A DNA stretch of 64,000 bases from Treponemataceae bacterium (lineage in GTDB: Bacteria > Spirochaetota > Spirochaetia > Treponematales > Rectinemataceae). Below the pieces are notes generated by a model. It was given only the letters and a program-made list of their open reading frames with translations, made no database searches and was not told the DNA's origin. The stretch spans positions 992,001 through 1,056,000 of the forward strand of contig CAXXVZ010000003.1 of the NCBI GenBank assembly GCA_963678065.2, read 5' to 3'. How positions within the stretch are numbered: position 1 is the first letter of the stretch; every line of letters starts with the position of its first letter. Of the stretch, positions 10,318-19,597 are shown in pieces. Position numbers and translations under genes: made by a program.

Positions 10318-11228
10318 ACGGAACAAGAATCGCGAATCTCCGTGCCGAAGGAAGGTGGCGCTCCGTCGGTCCCGTGCATCGGGCGGCCTCGCTGATACTC
10401 TTCGCCCTTTCGGTGTTTTTCCTGTCGGCCTGCTCCCAGACAATCAGCTCGCCGCGGAAAGCGCTTGTGTTCGGGATAAACAATTATGCGACAGTCCGGC
10501 CCAACCTGAACTACTGCGTGGCCGACGCACAGTCCATGTCCGCGCTCCTTCTCTCCCGGGGTTTCGATTCCGCGGAAACGGGAACGGACGCGGGAGCGAC
10601 GAAGGCGGCGATACGCACCGCAATAACGACGGCCTCATCCGCGCCGGACTCGGTCCTCGTCCTCTATTTTTCCGGACATGGGGCCGTATACAGCGGGGCG
10701 TATTACATAATCCCCCAGGACGCTACCTGGGACACGAGCACATGGATCAGTCCGGAAGAGCTGGCTTCCTGGCTCAATGTTGCCAGCACGGACAAGATCA
10801 TCGTGATCCTCGACTCCTGCAATTCGGGCGGATTCATCGGCGATACGGGCGAGGCGGTCGACACTTCTCCCGCCAGCATCTCGGGAAATTCCGTTCCGGC
10901 CTTCCCGCTCTCGGCCATCACGCGCTTCGCCGACCTCCTCGGACGCAACGCCGCGGCTTCCGGGAAACCCGGACCGATCGTCATATCCGCCGCCGGTTCC
11001 GGCGAAGAATCGTGGGAATCCGGCATCTACGGCCACGGCGTATTCACCTATTATCTTCTTCAGGCCGCGAGTTCCGGCGACAGCGACAACGACGGGAACG
11101 TGACCGCCTCCGAAGCCTTCGCCTACGCGAGCGCTGCGATCAAATCGAAGTGGAATGTCAACTACACCCCCTTCCTCCCCCACATCTCGGGCGGATCGAG
11201 GGATCTCGTGCTGTTCAAGGCGAATTGA
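10314..11228 (+). CDS. caspase-family (peptidase C14) lipoprotein
   Basis: Lipobox LSA-C; RKALVFGINNY, catalytic FSGHG and LDSCNSG, HGVFTYYL. Confidence 0.9.
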   Translation: MNGTRIANLRAEGRWRSVGPVHRAASLILFALSVFFLSACSQTISSPRKALVFGINNYATVRPNLNYCVADAQSMSALLLSRGFDSAETGTDAGATKAAIRTAITTASSAPDSVLVLYFSGHGAVYSGAYYIIPQDATWDTSTWISPEELASWLNVASTDKIIVILDSCNSGGFIGDTGEAVDTSPASISGNSVPAFPLSAITRFADLLGRNAAASGKPGPIVISAAGSGEESWESGIYGHGVFTYYLLQAASSGDSDNDGNVTASEAFAYASAAIKSKWNVNYTPFLPHISGGSRDLVLFKAN

Positions 11229-11627
11229 TTCGCAGGCCCTCCCGCGGATCCCAGCGATCCAGGCACTCACGGGCTCCGCATCGAGGGGTGCGAGGGGATA
11301 AAGAGCCACATCCTCGGGGCTGATCCAGGCAAGGGCATCGTGGACAGGACCCGGCTGAGGATCGGAATCGAATACGACGGGAAAGACGACAAAGAGGAAA
11401 TCGCCCGAAGCGACGGCAATCCGATACTCGACTGCCTCGCCCATGGATCGCAGGCCGAGGTCCAGCTCTTCTCGCAGTTCCCTCCGGAGCGCCGGACCGA
11501 GATCTTCGCCCGGCTCGACCTTCCCTCCCGGCAACTCCCAGAGCCCCGCGTCCCGCAGTCCGGGAGCCCTGCGGGCAAGAAAAAGCCGCCCCCGCGATTG
11601 AGCGAGGGCGGCCACAACTGTTGTCAT
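10635..11627 (-). CDS. NUDIX (MutT/NudG-like) pyrophosphohydrolase; reading frame extends antisense into the caspase gene
   Basis: WELPGGKVEPGEDLGPALRRELREEL Nudix box; the domain ends near 11250 but the first stop is at 10635. Confidence 0.8.
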   Translation of the reverse strand: MTTVVAALAQSRGRLFLARRAPGLRDAGLWELPGGKVEPGEDLGPALRRELREELDLGLRSMGEAVEYRIAVASGDFLFVVFPVVFDSDPQPGPVHDALAWISPEDVALYPLAPLDAEPVSAWIAGIRGRACESIRLEQHEIPRSARDVGEEGGVVDIPLRFDRSARVGEGFGGGHVPVVVAVAGTRGLKKIIGEYAVAVDAGFPRFFAGTGGGYDDRSGFPGSRGVASEEVGEARDGREREGRNGISRDAGGRSVDRLARIADESARIAGVEDHDDLVRAGNIEPGSQLFRTDPCARVPGSVLGDYVIRPAVYGPMSGKIEDEDRVRRG

Positions 11628-11854
11628 GCTTCCAGGTAGGAACGGAGCAAGCCCACGAGCCTCTCGGCTTCCTCCCGCGTGAGCGTCACGCCCTTGCCCA
11701 TCCTGGAGTGGTCCGGCGACCATTCGCGGATGTCAAGCTTGGGCTCTCTCTCGTTCCAGGAAACCAGATTGAGCTCGCGCGTCCATCCGCCCGAGCCCCC
11801 GCCAAAAATGCCGATGCTCTTCGCGATATCGAACTTTATTTCCTTGTCAGCCAT
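11624..11854 (-). CDS. YdbC / PC4-like single-stranded DNA-binding protein
   Basis: WTRELNLVSWN...KLDIREWSPDHSRMGKGVTL. Confidence 0.9.
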   Translation of the reverse strand: MADKEIKFDIAKSIGIFGGGSGGWTRELNLVSWNEREPKLDIREWSPDHSRMGKGVTLTREEAERLVGLLRSYLEA

Positions 11855-11864
11855 GTTTTATCTC

Positions 11865-12377
11865 CTACGACAGGTCGACGAAATCGTCCTTGCCCGAATG
11901 GGCGAATTCGGGGAAGAAATAGACGACGACGCCCGACGACCGTACCCTGAGCTCGGCCACTCCGGAGCCCACGAGCTTGTCCAGCAGCTTGCGCGCATCG
12001 TCGATGCTTATGTCGCTTTCCAGCGCCACTTCTCCGGGACTCACGATGCCGTTGTTCTCTTTGGCCACCCGGAGGACTGTCTTTTCTGGCCGCTCCGCTT
12101 CCTTAGGTCTGTCGTAGGACTGCGCGAGCCTGTAATTGCCCCCACCGGTCAGGGCATCGAGGTTCATCGCCGCTTCCACCGACACTCTTACATTCGCTTC
12201 TCTCACCTGCTTGGGCAGGGTGATGGCATCGTAGAGGCAGCCAACGCCCGCGAGTCCGCCCGTAAAAAGCCAGAGGAATCCCGTGCCGGTCTTGCCGAGA
12301 TAAAACCGGTGCAGGCCGAGGGCTCCACAGCCGGAAATGAGCCAGAGAATGTAGGCGACAGGCACGCTGTATCTCAA
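11865..12377 (-). CDS. TM2-domain membrane protein with C-terminal winged-helix-like domain
   Basis: AYILWL...[26 protein letters not shown] before TTG. Confidence 0.85.
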   Translation of the reverse strand: MRYSVPVAYILWLISGCGALGLHRFYLGKTGTGFLWLFTGGLAGVGCLYDAITLPKQVREANVRVSVEAAMNLDALTGGGNYRLAQSYDRPKEAERPEKTVLRVAKENNGIVSPGEVALESDISIDDARKLLDKLVGSGVAELRVRSSGVVVYFFPEFAHSGKDDFVDLS

Positions 12378-12532
12378 GGTAGTAGCCCTCCCGTTCGGGA
12401 CTATAATCTACCACGGCGCGAGGGTATTGGTGAAGGCCGAGCCCCGGAATCGGGGATTTGACCAGAATAATGTCTCCATGTTACATATACGCGCATATTC
12501 CTCCGATAAAATTCACGGGGAGACAATTTTTG

Positions 12533-13924
12533 ATGAAAAGACCAACCGTCAAAGAAATATTGAGATATGAGCCCGACGGCCGCACCCTGACCGTCAAGGG
12601 CTGGCTGCGCACGAAACGCGAGACGAAGGCCGCCGTTTTCCTCGAAGTGAACGATGGTTCATGCATGGCCAACCTTCAGTGTGTCCTCGACGGCTCCGCC
12701 GCCGCAAACTCGGCAGCGGAGCTTGCCCGCTGTTCAACGGGAGCGAGCGTCGCCGTGGAAGGAACCCTCGTCGGATCGCCTGCCGCGGGGCAGAAGGTCG
12801 AAATCCGTGCGACGGGAGTGAAGGTGATCGGCGAAGCCGATCCCGAGACCTATCCCTTGCAGAAAAAGGCCCATTCCATGGAGTTTCTGCGGGAAATCGC
12901 GCACCTTCGGCCCCGTACAAACACCTTCGGCGCCGTGGCACGTGTCCGCAACCGCATGGCCTTCGCGGTCCACAGCTTCTTCCAGAACCAGGGATTCCAG
13001 TACGTCCACACGCCTCTCATCACTGCCTCCGACTGCGAGGGTGCGGGCGCCATGTTCCAGGTCACCACTCTCGATCTCGGGCGGATCGCGCAATCCGGCA
13101 AACCCGTCGACTACGATGTGGACTTCTTCGGACGCCCCGCCTACCTGACCGTCTCCGGCCAGCTCAACGTCGAGACCTACTGCCAGGCTCTCGGCAGAGT
13201 CTACACCTTCGGACCGACCTTCAGGGCGGAAAACTCCAACACGACCCGCCACCTCTCCGAGTTCTGGATGATCGAGCCTGAAGTCGCCTTCGCGGACCTG
13301 TCGGACAACATGGACCTCGCCGAAGAATTCCTGAAAAACCTTGTCGGCACGGCCCTTTCCGACTGCGGTGAGGATCTCGAGTTCTTCGACAAGCGCATCC
13401 AGCCCGGCCTCCTCGCGGGCCTCTCCAAGGTTGCATCCTCCCCCTTCACGCGCATGACATACACCGAGGCGGTGAAGGAACTCGAAAAGAATCCCGGAGC
13501 CTTCGAGTTCAAACCCTACTGGGGCTGCGACCTTCAGAGCGAGCACGAGAAGTACCTGACGGAGAAAGTCGCTGGCGGCCCCGTCATCGTCACCGACTAC
13601 CCGAAGGAGATCAAATCCTTCTACATGAAACAGAACGAAGACGGAAAAACCGTGCGCGCCATGGACGTCCTCGTCCCCCGTTTCGGCGAAATCATCGGCG
13701 GATCGGAGCGCGAAGACAGGCTCGAGGTCCTGACCGGAAGGATCAGGGAGCTCGGGCTCTCCGAAAAAGATTACTGGTGGTACCTGGACCTGCGCCGCTT
13801 CGGCACCACTCCCCACGCCGGCTTCGGCCTGGGCTTTGAAAGGCTTCTCCTCTACGTGACGGGAATGGCCAATATCCGCGACGTAATACCCTTCCCGCGC
13901 GCCCCCAGGCTCGCCGATTTCTGA
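12533..13924 (+). CDS. asnS: asparagine--tRNA ligase
   Basis: OB-fold N-terminus, [40 protein letters not shown]. Confidence 0.97.
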   Translation: MKRPTVKEILRYEPDGRTLTVKGWLRTKRETKAAVFLEVNDGSCMANLQCVLDGSAAANSAAELARCSTGASVAVEGTLVGSPAAGQKVEIRATGVKVIGEADPETYPLQKKAHSMEFLREIAHLRPRTNTFGAVARVRNRMAFAVHSFFQNQGFQYVHTPLITASDCEGAGAMFQVTTLDLGRIAQSGKPVDYDVDFFGRPAYLTVSGQLNVETYCQALGRVYTFGPTFRAENSNTTRHLSEFWMIEPEVAFADLSDNMDLAEEFLKNLVGTALSDCGEDLEFFDKRIQPGLLAGLSKVASSPFTRMTYTEAVKELEKNPGAFEFKPYWGCDLQSEHEKYLTEKVAGGPVIVTDYPKEIKSFYMKQNEDGKTVRAMDVLVPRFGEIIGGSEREDRLEVLTGRIRELGLSEKDYWWYLDLRRFGTTPHAGFGLGFERLLLYVTGMANIRDVIPFPRAPRLADF

Positions 13925-13994
13925 TGCCGTCAGTGCGCCGATGGCGGCTTCCCGGTGGAGGCCGCCATCGGAATTCCAGGAGAACGACTCAACG

Positions 13995-15260
13995 ATGATA
14001 CGCCCTATACGCCTTTCGGCGACCCTACTGTTTCTTTTTGTCCTCTCGCTGGCCTCTCATGCCTCCGGCACCTCCACCCAATCGCAGAAAGGTGTCGGCC
14101 CCCTCAACGCGCGGGCCGCCGTCCTCATCGACGCCGCGACCGGGACGCTGCTCTACGCGAAGAACCCCAACCTCGTCCTCCCGCCCGCGAGTCTCACGAA
14201 ACTCGTCACCCTCCACCTCGTGATGGAGGAAATCCGGTACGGCAGATTGTCGGAGAGCGAGATCATAGACATCGACAAGAGAGACTGTTCCCCCTACATA
14301 CCCTATGGCTCATCGATCATGTACCTCCAGCCAGGCATGAAGGTGAGCGTGAAGGACCTCATGCTCGGGGCGGCCGTGGTCTCGGGCAACGATGCGGCCT
14401 TCGCCCTTGCCCGACGTGTGGCGGGATCCAACGAGGCCTTCGCCGAGAAGATGAACGCGACCATGAAGGAGATGGGCTTCAGGGACATGCACTTCGTCGA
14501 GCCTTCGGGGCTTTCAGAGCAGAACCTGGTGAGCGCCTACGAGTTCGCCCAATTCTGCCGGATCTACCTTCTTCGCCACCCGGATGTCATCGCCGAGCTG
14601 CATTCCGTCCCCTCGATCGCCTTTCCGAGACCCGAACACGCCGTCCCCGGATTCACTCCTCCGGGGAATACGATCCAGTACAACAAGAACACGATGCTCT
14701 TCAAATATGACGGATGCGACGGACTCAAGACAGGATACATAATCGAGGTGGGTTACAATCTCGCCGTGACTGCGCGCCGGGAAGGCACCCGCTTCATCGC
14801 CGTGACACTGGGCGGCATGAGCACGCCGAAGGCGAGCGGCATCACACACCGCACCGCGGACGGGACTGCCCTCCTCGACTGGGCCTTCGCCAACTTCGCG
14901 ACAGTTGCCCCCGACCCGGGCCCCGCGCCCGTGGTTCGGACCTGGTTCGGCCAATCGAAAACGGTGACGCTCCGCGCCTCCGACACCCTGGCCGTGACCG
15001 TCCCGGAGGAAAAACGCGCGTCGGTCAAAGTCGAAGTGAACGCGCCCGAGGCTATCGACGCCCCCGTCAAGGCCGGTCAGAAACTCGGCGAGGTGGTCTA
15101 CACCTCGGGGAACGAAGTGCTGCGCCGCGTCGATCTCGTAGCGGAAAACGATGTCACTGTCGCAGGTTTTTTCCAGAGACTGAAGGATACTTTCGCAAAA
15201 TTTTTCACGGGCCTCTTCAGGGCAAAAAACAGACCGGCCACAGCCACAGCCAAGGCCTGA
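13995..15260 (+). CDS. D-alanyl-D-alanine carboxypeptidase (peptidase S11, DacA-like)
   Basis: SLTK, SGN and KTG motifs, PBP5 C-terminal domain, signal peptide. Confidence 0.92.
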   Translation: MIRPIRLSATLLFLFVLSLASHASGTSTQSQKGVGPLNARAAVLIDAATGTLLYAKNPNLVLPPASLTKLVTLHLVMEEIRYGRLSESEIIDIDKRDCSPYIPYGSSIMYLQPGMKVSVKDLMLGAAVVSGNDAAFALARRVAGSNEAFAEKMNATMKEMGFRDMHFVEPSGLSEQNLVSAYEFAQFCRIYLLRHPDVIAELHSVPSIAFPRPEHAVPGFTPPGNTIQYNKNTMLFKYDGCDGLKTGYIIEVGYNLAVTARREGTRFIAVTLGGMSTPKASGITHRTADGTALLDWAFANFATVAPDPGPAPVVRTWFGQSKTVTLRASDTLAVTVPEEKRASVKVEVNAPEAIDAPVKAGQKLGEVVYTSGNEVLRRVDLVAENDVTVAGFFQRLKDTFAKFFTGLFRAKNRPATATAKA

Positions 15261-15352
15261 AAGAGGCGACAGACGACAGGCAGTCGCTCCGATATCGCTG
15301 ACCGGGCCCCGTCTTGTCCTGTTCGCCTTGCTTTTCTATCCCATCTCCCGAT

Positions 15353-16225
15353 CTATCTCATCTCACGAGCGAGGCAGACCCTCTCTCCATCGTATTCGAT
15401 AAAACCCTCGGCGACGAGATCCCCGAGGGCGCTGTGCACCCTCTCTTCTGAAAACGGGAGTTCCCGTTCCAGGTCCCGGACAGGAAGCAGAGGCTTCGCC
15501 GACAGAAGGCGCAACACCTCGCCCCGCAGCCTCCGGTTGGAATCTGCGAAAGGGCTCTGTTTTACGTGCTTCGCGCTCTTCCGCGAGGGGTTGCCGAAAC
15601 GCCGCTTCAGCTCCACACCATAGTCCATGAGAGCGTAGTACCAGGTCCGTGGATCTTCCCTGTCCACGCTGGCCTGTACAAGCGGCTCCAGATCCCTGTC
15701 CGGTACTTTTTCCGAGTCAGGGAAGAAGTGGTGCAGGAATACGGCCCTCACATTGGTTTCGATAACCACCGATGGCACTCCGAAGGCGAATGCCGCCACC
15801 GCCGCCGCAGTGTAGGACCCGATCCCCGACAGCGAGCGGAGTTCTTCTTCGTCGCGGGGAACCTCGCCGCGGAAACGCAGGACGATTTCGCCGGCGGCCC
15901 GGACGAGAGCCAGGGCACGCCTGTTGTACCCCAGGCCACTCCACATGCGGAGAACCTCGTCGAGGGGTGCCGCGGCGAGGGATTCCGGATCGGGGAAGCG
16001 ATCCATCCAGGCGAGGTATTTCGGTTTTACCCTTTCGGTCTGGGTCTGCTGGAGCATGATTTCGGAGACGAGGATGGCCCAGGGATCGCGCGTCTCGCGC
16101 CAGGGCATCTCTCTCCGCTTGTCCGCGTACCACGACAGCACGATGCCCCGGAACCGCCTGACGGCCGGGGCATCGAATTTCTCTGGATCGAAGCGGAGCG
16201 AAAAATTATCCGTAGATGTGGACAT
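15353..16225 (-). CDS. MutY-like HhH-GPD DNA glycosylase lacking the [4Fe-4S] motif
   Basis: R.MPWR, VSEIMLQQTQ, WSGLGYNRRA, LSGIGSYTA; no C-X6-C-X2-C-X5-C. Confidence 0.88.
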   Translation of the reverse strand: MSTSTDNFSLRFDPEKFDAPAVRRFRGIVLSWYADKRREMPWRETRDPWAILVSEIMLQQTQTERVKPKYLAWMDRFPDPESLAAAPLDEVLRMWSGLGYNRRALALVRAAGEIVLRFRGEVPRDEEELRSLSGIGSYTAAAVAAFAFGVPSVVIETNVRAVFLHHFFPDSEKVPDRDLEPLVQASVDREDPRTWYYALMDYGVELKRRFGNPSRKSAKHVKQSPFADSNRRLRGEVLRLLSAKPLLPVRDLERELPFSEERVHSALGDLVAEGFIEYDGERVCLAREMR

Positions 16226-16802
16226 ACTCGTGGAGGAGTTCTTCGGCGCGCTCCTTGCAGCCGCCGCAGACGGTGCCGATCTTGGTCGCCTCCTGGAGCT
16301 GGCCCCAGTTTCTCGTCCCGGCCTTGACCGCTTCCTCGATGTCGTGGTCGGTTATCCCGAGGCAGGTACAGATCACGACGGCGTCCTCGCCCTTGAAGGC
16401 GCCTGAGCGGCCCGTCGCCTCGAGAAAAGAGTCGATGGCGGCGCGCAGTGCCTTGTCGCCGAGAACGGAGCAGTGGATCTTGTTGTCGGGCAGCCCCCCA
16501 AGCTTCTTGGCGATGTCCGCCGGCTTGATCGAGTATGCCTCGCGGATGCTCATGCCCTTCACGACCTCGGAGAGCATCGATGTCGAGGCGATAGCGCTCG
16601 CGCAGCCGTAGGTCTTCCACCTGAGGTCGACGATCCGGTCGTCGACGATCTTCAGCATGAACAGCATCTGGTCGCCGCATTTGACATTGCCTACTATGCC
16701 CTCGGCGTCAGCCTCGAACTTCTCGTCCGGATCGTATACATTTCGCGGATTGGTGAAGTGATCCTTGACCACATCCGAATAAAGCCACTTGAAAGCATCC
16801 AT
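16206..16802 (-). CDS. iscU: Fe-S cluster scaffold IscU/NifU with C-terminal BFD-like [2Fe-2S] domain
   Basis: DHFTNPRN, CGD, GCASAIAS, KIHCS; ICTC...GTVCGGC. Confidence 0.92.
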   Translation of the reverse strand: MDAFKWLYSDVVKDHFTNPRNVYDPDEKFEADAEGIVGNVKCGDQMLFMLKIVDDRIVDLRWKTYGCASAIASTSMLSEVVKGMSIREAYSIKPADIAKKLGGLPDNKIHCSVLGDKALRAAIDSFLEATGRSGAFKGEDAVVICTCLGITDHDIEEAVKAGTRNWGQLQEATKIGTVCGGCKERAEELLHEYVHIYG

Positions 16803-16883
16803 GGTGCTCGCTCCTCTGTATATATGGTCCTGTCTGGTCCCGCGAGGGACCCGGAACCCGGGGTCAGAATGGGCCTGCCGCTC

Positions 16884-18065
16884 TCAGTTGCCGGCGCCGG
16901 CGGAACTTATCGTGGAAAAACGTCTCAGTCGCTTGATGATGGGCGGAAGCTTCTCTATCACGTAGTCGACTTCTTCCTCGGTGGTGTTCCGCCCGAGGCT
17001 GAAGCGGATCGAGCCGTGGGCGAGCTCCGGACCGACCCCTGTCGCCATGAGGACGTGTGAGGGTTCGAGGCTGCCCGAGGCGCATGCCGATCCCGTCGAT
17101 ACCTCGATGCCTTCGAGGTCGAGGGAGAGGAGGATGGCCTCTCCCTCCGCTCCCGGGAAGGAGATGTTGAGGGTATTGGGCAGCACATCGGTCGGATGAC
17201 CGTTCACCGCGACGTCGGGGATGCCCGAGACGAGACCATCGCAAAGCCGCGTGCGGAGCCCGAGGAGTCTCTCGGAGAACTCGGGAAGATCGGCCTTGGC
17301 CAGTTTGGCCGCCACGCCGAATCCGTAGATGCCGAGGTTGTTGTAGGTCCCGGCCCTGACGCCGTTCTCCTGGTGTCCGCCCCGGATGAGTGGTTCCACG
17401 GGCACGCCCGGTCTCACATAGAGGGCGCCGATTCCTTTGGGGCCGTATATCTTGTGGCAGGAGAGGGTGAGATAGTCCACGCCCCATGCTTCCACGTCGA
17501 CGGGAATCTTGCCCGCGGCCTGGACTGCGTCGGTGTGGACCAGGGCTCCGACCCGCTTGGCGAGGGTCACGATGGCCTTCATGTCCTGTATGGTGCCGAT
17601 CTCATTGTTGGCTGTCATGACGGAGACGAGGAGGACGGAGGAATCGAGCTCGGCCCCGAAGCGGGCGAGGTCGATCTTCCCCTGCGGATCCACGGGGAGG
17701 AACACGACCGGGAAGCCTTCGTCGGCGAGACGCGTCGCGGCATTGAGGACGCAGGGGTGCTCGATGGCCGTGGTTATGATCTTGCGCCTGGGACCCTTGC
17801 GGCCGAGGTCGTACATGGTGTTGAACACCGTGTTGTTGGATTCGGAGCCGCCCGAGGTGAAATAGATGGACTCGGGGGAGCGTGCGCCGATAAGGGCCGC
17901 TACGCTGGCCCTCGCTTCCTCTATGCCGCTCCGCGCGCGCCGTCCCGCCTCGTGCATGCTCGAGGCATTCGCGTAGACATCCATGTCCTCGATCATGGCC
18001 TTTCGCACCTCGGGCCTGAGCGGTGTCGTGGCATTGTAGTCGAGATATACAAAGCGTTTTTCCAT
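16884..18065 (-). CDS. iscS: cysteine desulfurase
   Basis: YLDYNATTP, HTDAVQA, SCHKIYGPKG, STGSACASG. Confidence 0.95.
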   Translation of the reverse strand: MEKRFVYLDYNATTPLRPEVRKAMIEDMDVYANASSMHEAGRRARSGIEEARASVAALIGARSPESIYFTSGGSESNNTVFNTMYDLGRKGPRRKIITTAIEHPCVLNAATRLADEGFPVVFLPVDPQGKIDLARFGAELDSSVLLVSVMTANNEIGTIQDMKAIVTLAKRVGALVHTDAVQAAGKIPVDVEAWGVDYLTLSCHKIYGPKGIGALYVRPGVPVEPLIRGGHQENGVRAGTYNNLGIYGFGVAAKLAKADLPEFSERLLGLRTRLCDGLVSGIPDVAVNGHPTDVLPNTLNISFPGAEGEAILLSLDLEGIEVSTGSACASGSLEPSHVLMATGVGPELAHGSIRFSLGRNTTEEEVDYVIEKLPPIIKRLRRFSTISSAGAGN

Positions 18066-18130
18066 GCGATATTCTCCTTTTCGTCCGGACCGCCGCCTCG
18101 TCCTCCCCGACGGAAGCCGGGGCGCGGCAC

Positions 18131-18529
18131 TCAGGGTCCGATGATGTCTTTCAGTGTTCTCGAGCCCAGGTAGCCGTCTATCGATTGCTTCAAGCCGATC
18201 CAGAATTTGCGAGGCAGGCAGGCGTCCCCGAGACAGCATTGCCCCATATCGTTCACGCAGCCCACAGGCTTGATCTCTCCTTCGAGCGCGTTCACGACTT
18301 CGAGCATGTGGATGGCGTCGGGGTCGCGGGAGAGTCTGTATCCTCCGTGTTTGCCCCGCTCGGAGATCAGGAAACCCGAGGCCGCGAGTCGCGAGAGTAT
18401 GCCTTCGAGGTATTTCGGGGAAATGGATTGAGCCTCGGCGATTTCGGCAGCCGTAGCCGCCTCGCCTATTTCAGCGAGGTGAACCAGGGCGCGAATGCCG
18501 TATTGTGTCTTGGCAGTGACCGAAAACAT
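18131..18529 (-). CDS. Rrf2-family regulator (IscR-like)
   Basis: YGIRAL, IS.KYLE.IL, RGKHGGYRL, Cys cluster C-x5-CC-x4-C; heads the iscS-iscU operon. Confidence 0.92.
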   Translation of the reverse strand: MFSVTAKTQYGIRALVHLAEIGEAATAAEIAEAQSISPKYLEGILSRLAASGFLISERGKHGGYRLSRDPDAIHMLEVVNALEGEIKPVGCVNDMGQCCLGDACLPRKFWIGLKQSIDGYLGSRTLKDIIGP

Positions 18530-18541
18530 GTAATCCCCGTA

Positions 18542-18564
18542 ATTCCTATAGATTTAATAGGAAT
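18542..18564. promoter_or_regulatory. Rrf2 (IscR/CymR-type) operator, ATTCCTAT-N7-ATAGGAAT
   Basis: Perfect 8-bp inverted repeat overlapping the -10 end and start site of a TTGACT-N17-CATATT promoter for the Rrf2 gene. Confidence 0.75.
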
Positions 18565-18655
18565 ATGCTCTGGCGGGGAAAAAAAGTCAATATGCCGCAG
18601 GACCTGCTCCCTTCGGGCCTGTCCGAAACAGGGCAAAATCTGTACTATTGCGCCG

Positions 18656-19579
18656 ATGGCGAATCCTTCCCTGGTTCAGACCCTGGTCCTCTTCCTCCTC
18701 ATCTGCGTCGGTTATGCGGCCGGCAAGACGGGAAGACTCGATGCCGCGACAGCGAAAAAGATGTCGAAATTTCTCGTCGACTTCGTGCTTCCCGCACTCA
18801 TCGTCGCATCGATGCAGAAACCCTTCTCGGGCGAGCTCCGGGACCAGGCCTTCAGGATGCTGGGGCTTTCCGCCGCCATCTACGCGGCAGCCTTTCCCCT
18901 GGCCTACCTCTTCGCCAAGCTCATCGGAACAAAAGGAGCGGAGAGGGGAAGCATCATCTTCGGCGCGGTCTTCTCGAACTGCGCCTTTATGGGGATTCCG
19001 ATCATCGCTTCCATATATGGCTCGGATTCCATCTTCCAGCTCTCGGTTTTCAACATCCCCTTCCAGGTTCTCGCCTTCTCCGTGGGAGCCTTCATCATAG
19101 CAAAAAGCGGAAGCGGCAGACTCAAGCTGGGCCTCTCATCCTTTGTCACGCCCGCGGTCGTCGCGACGGTACTGGGTTTCACCCTCTTCCTCGCCAACAT
19201 CCGCCTCCCCGCGGTGCTGACGGAAACTCTCATTCCTCTGGGCGACATGACGACGCCGCTCTCTTCCGTCATCATCGGCTCTGTCATCTCGAGGATGGAT
19301 CCCAAGGCATTCATACTGTCCTGGCGCGTCCACGCGACAGCCCTGTACAGGCTGACTGTCTTTCCGCTCCTCGTCTACGCCGCGCTCAAAGTAGCAGGAT
19401 TCAGCGGTTTCGAGCTGGGCATGCCGGCCCTCGTCTTCGCGATGCCCGTCGCGGCCAACACGACCATATTGGCCGAGGCCTACGGCGGGGATTCGGGGAC
19501 AGCGAGCGCCCTTGTCTTCGTGTCGACGATACTTTCCCTGATCACGATACCGGCCGCGGCGACCTTTCTGACCCGCTGA
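18656..19579 (+). CDS. AEC (auxin efflux carrier) family transporter
   Basis: About 10 TM segments, FSNCAFMGIP, AMPVAANT, STILSLITIP. Confidence 0.9.
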   Translation: MANPSLVQTLVLFLLICVGYAAGKTGRLDAATAKKMSKFLVDFVLPALIVASMQKPFSGELRDQAFRMLGLSAAIYAAAFPLAYLFAKLIGTKGAERGSIIFGAVFSNCAFMGIPIIASIYGSDSIFQLSVFNIPFQVLAFSVGAFIIAKSGSGRLKLGLSSFVTPAVVATVLGFTLFLANIRLPAVLTETLIPLGDMTTPLSSVIIGSVISRMDPKAFILSWRVHATALYRLTVFPLLVYAALKVAGFSGFELGMPALVFAMPVAANTTILAEAYGGDSGTASALVFVSTILSLITIPAAATFLTR

Positions 19580-19597
19580 ACGCGGGCTGACCTCCGC

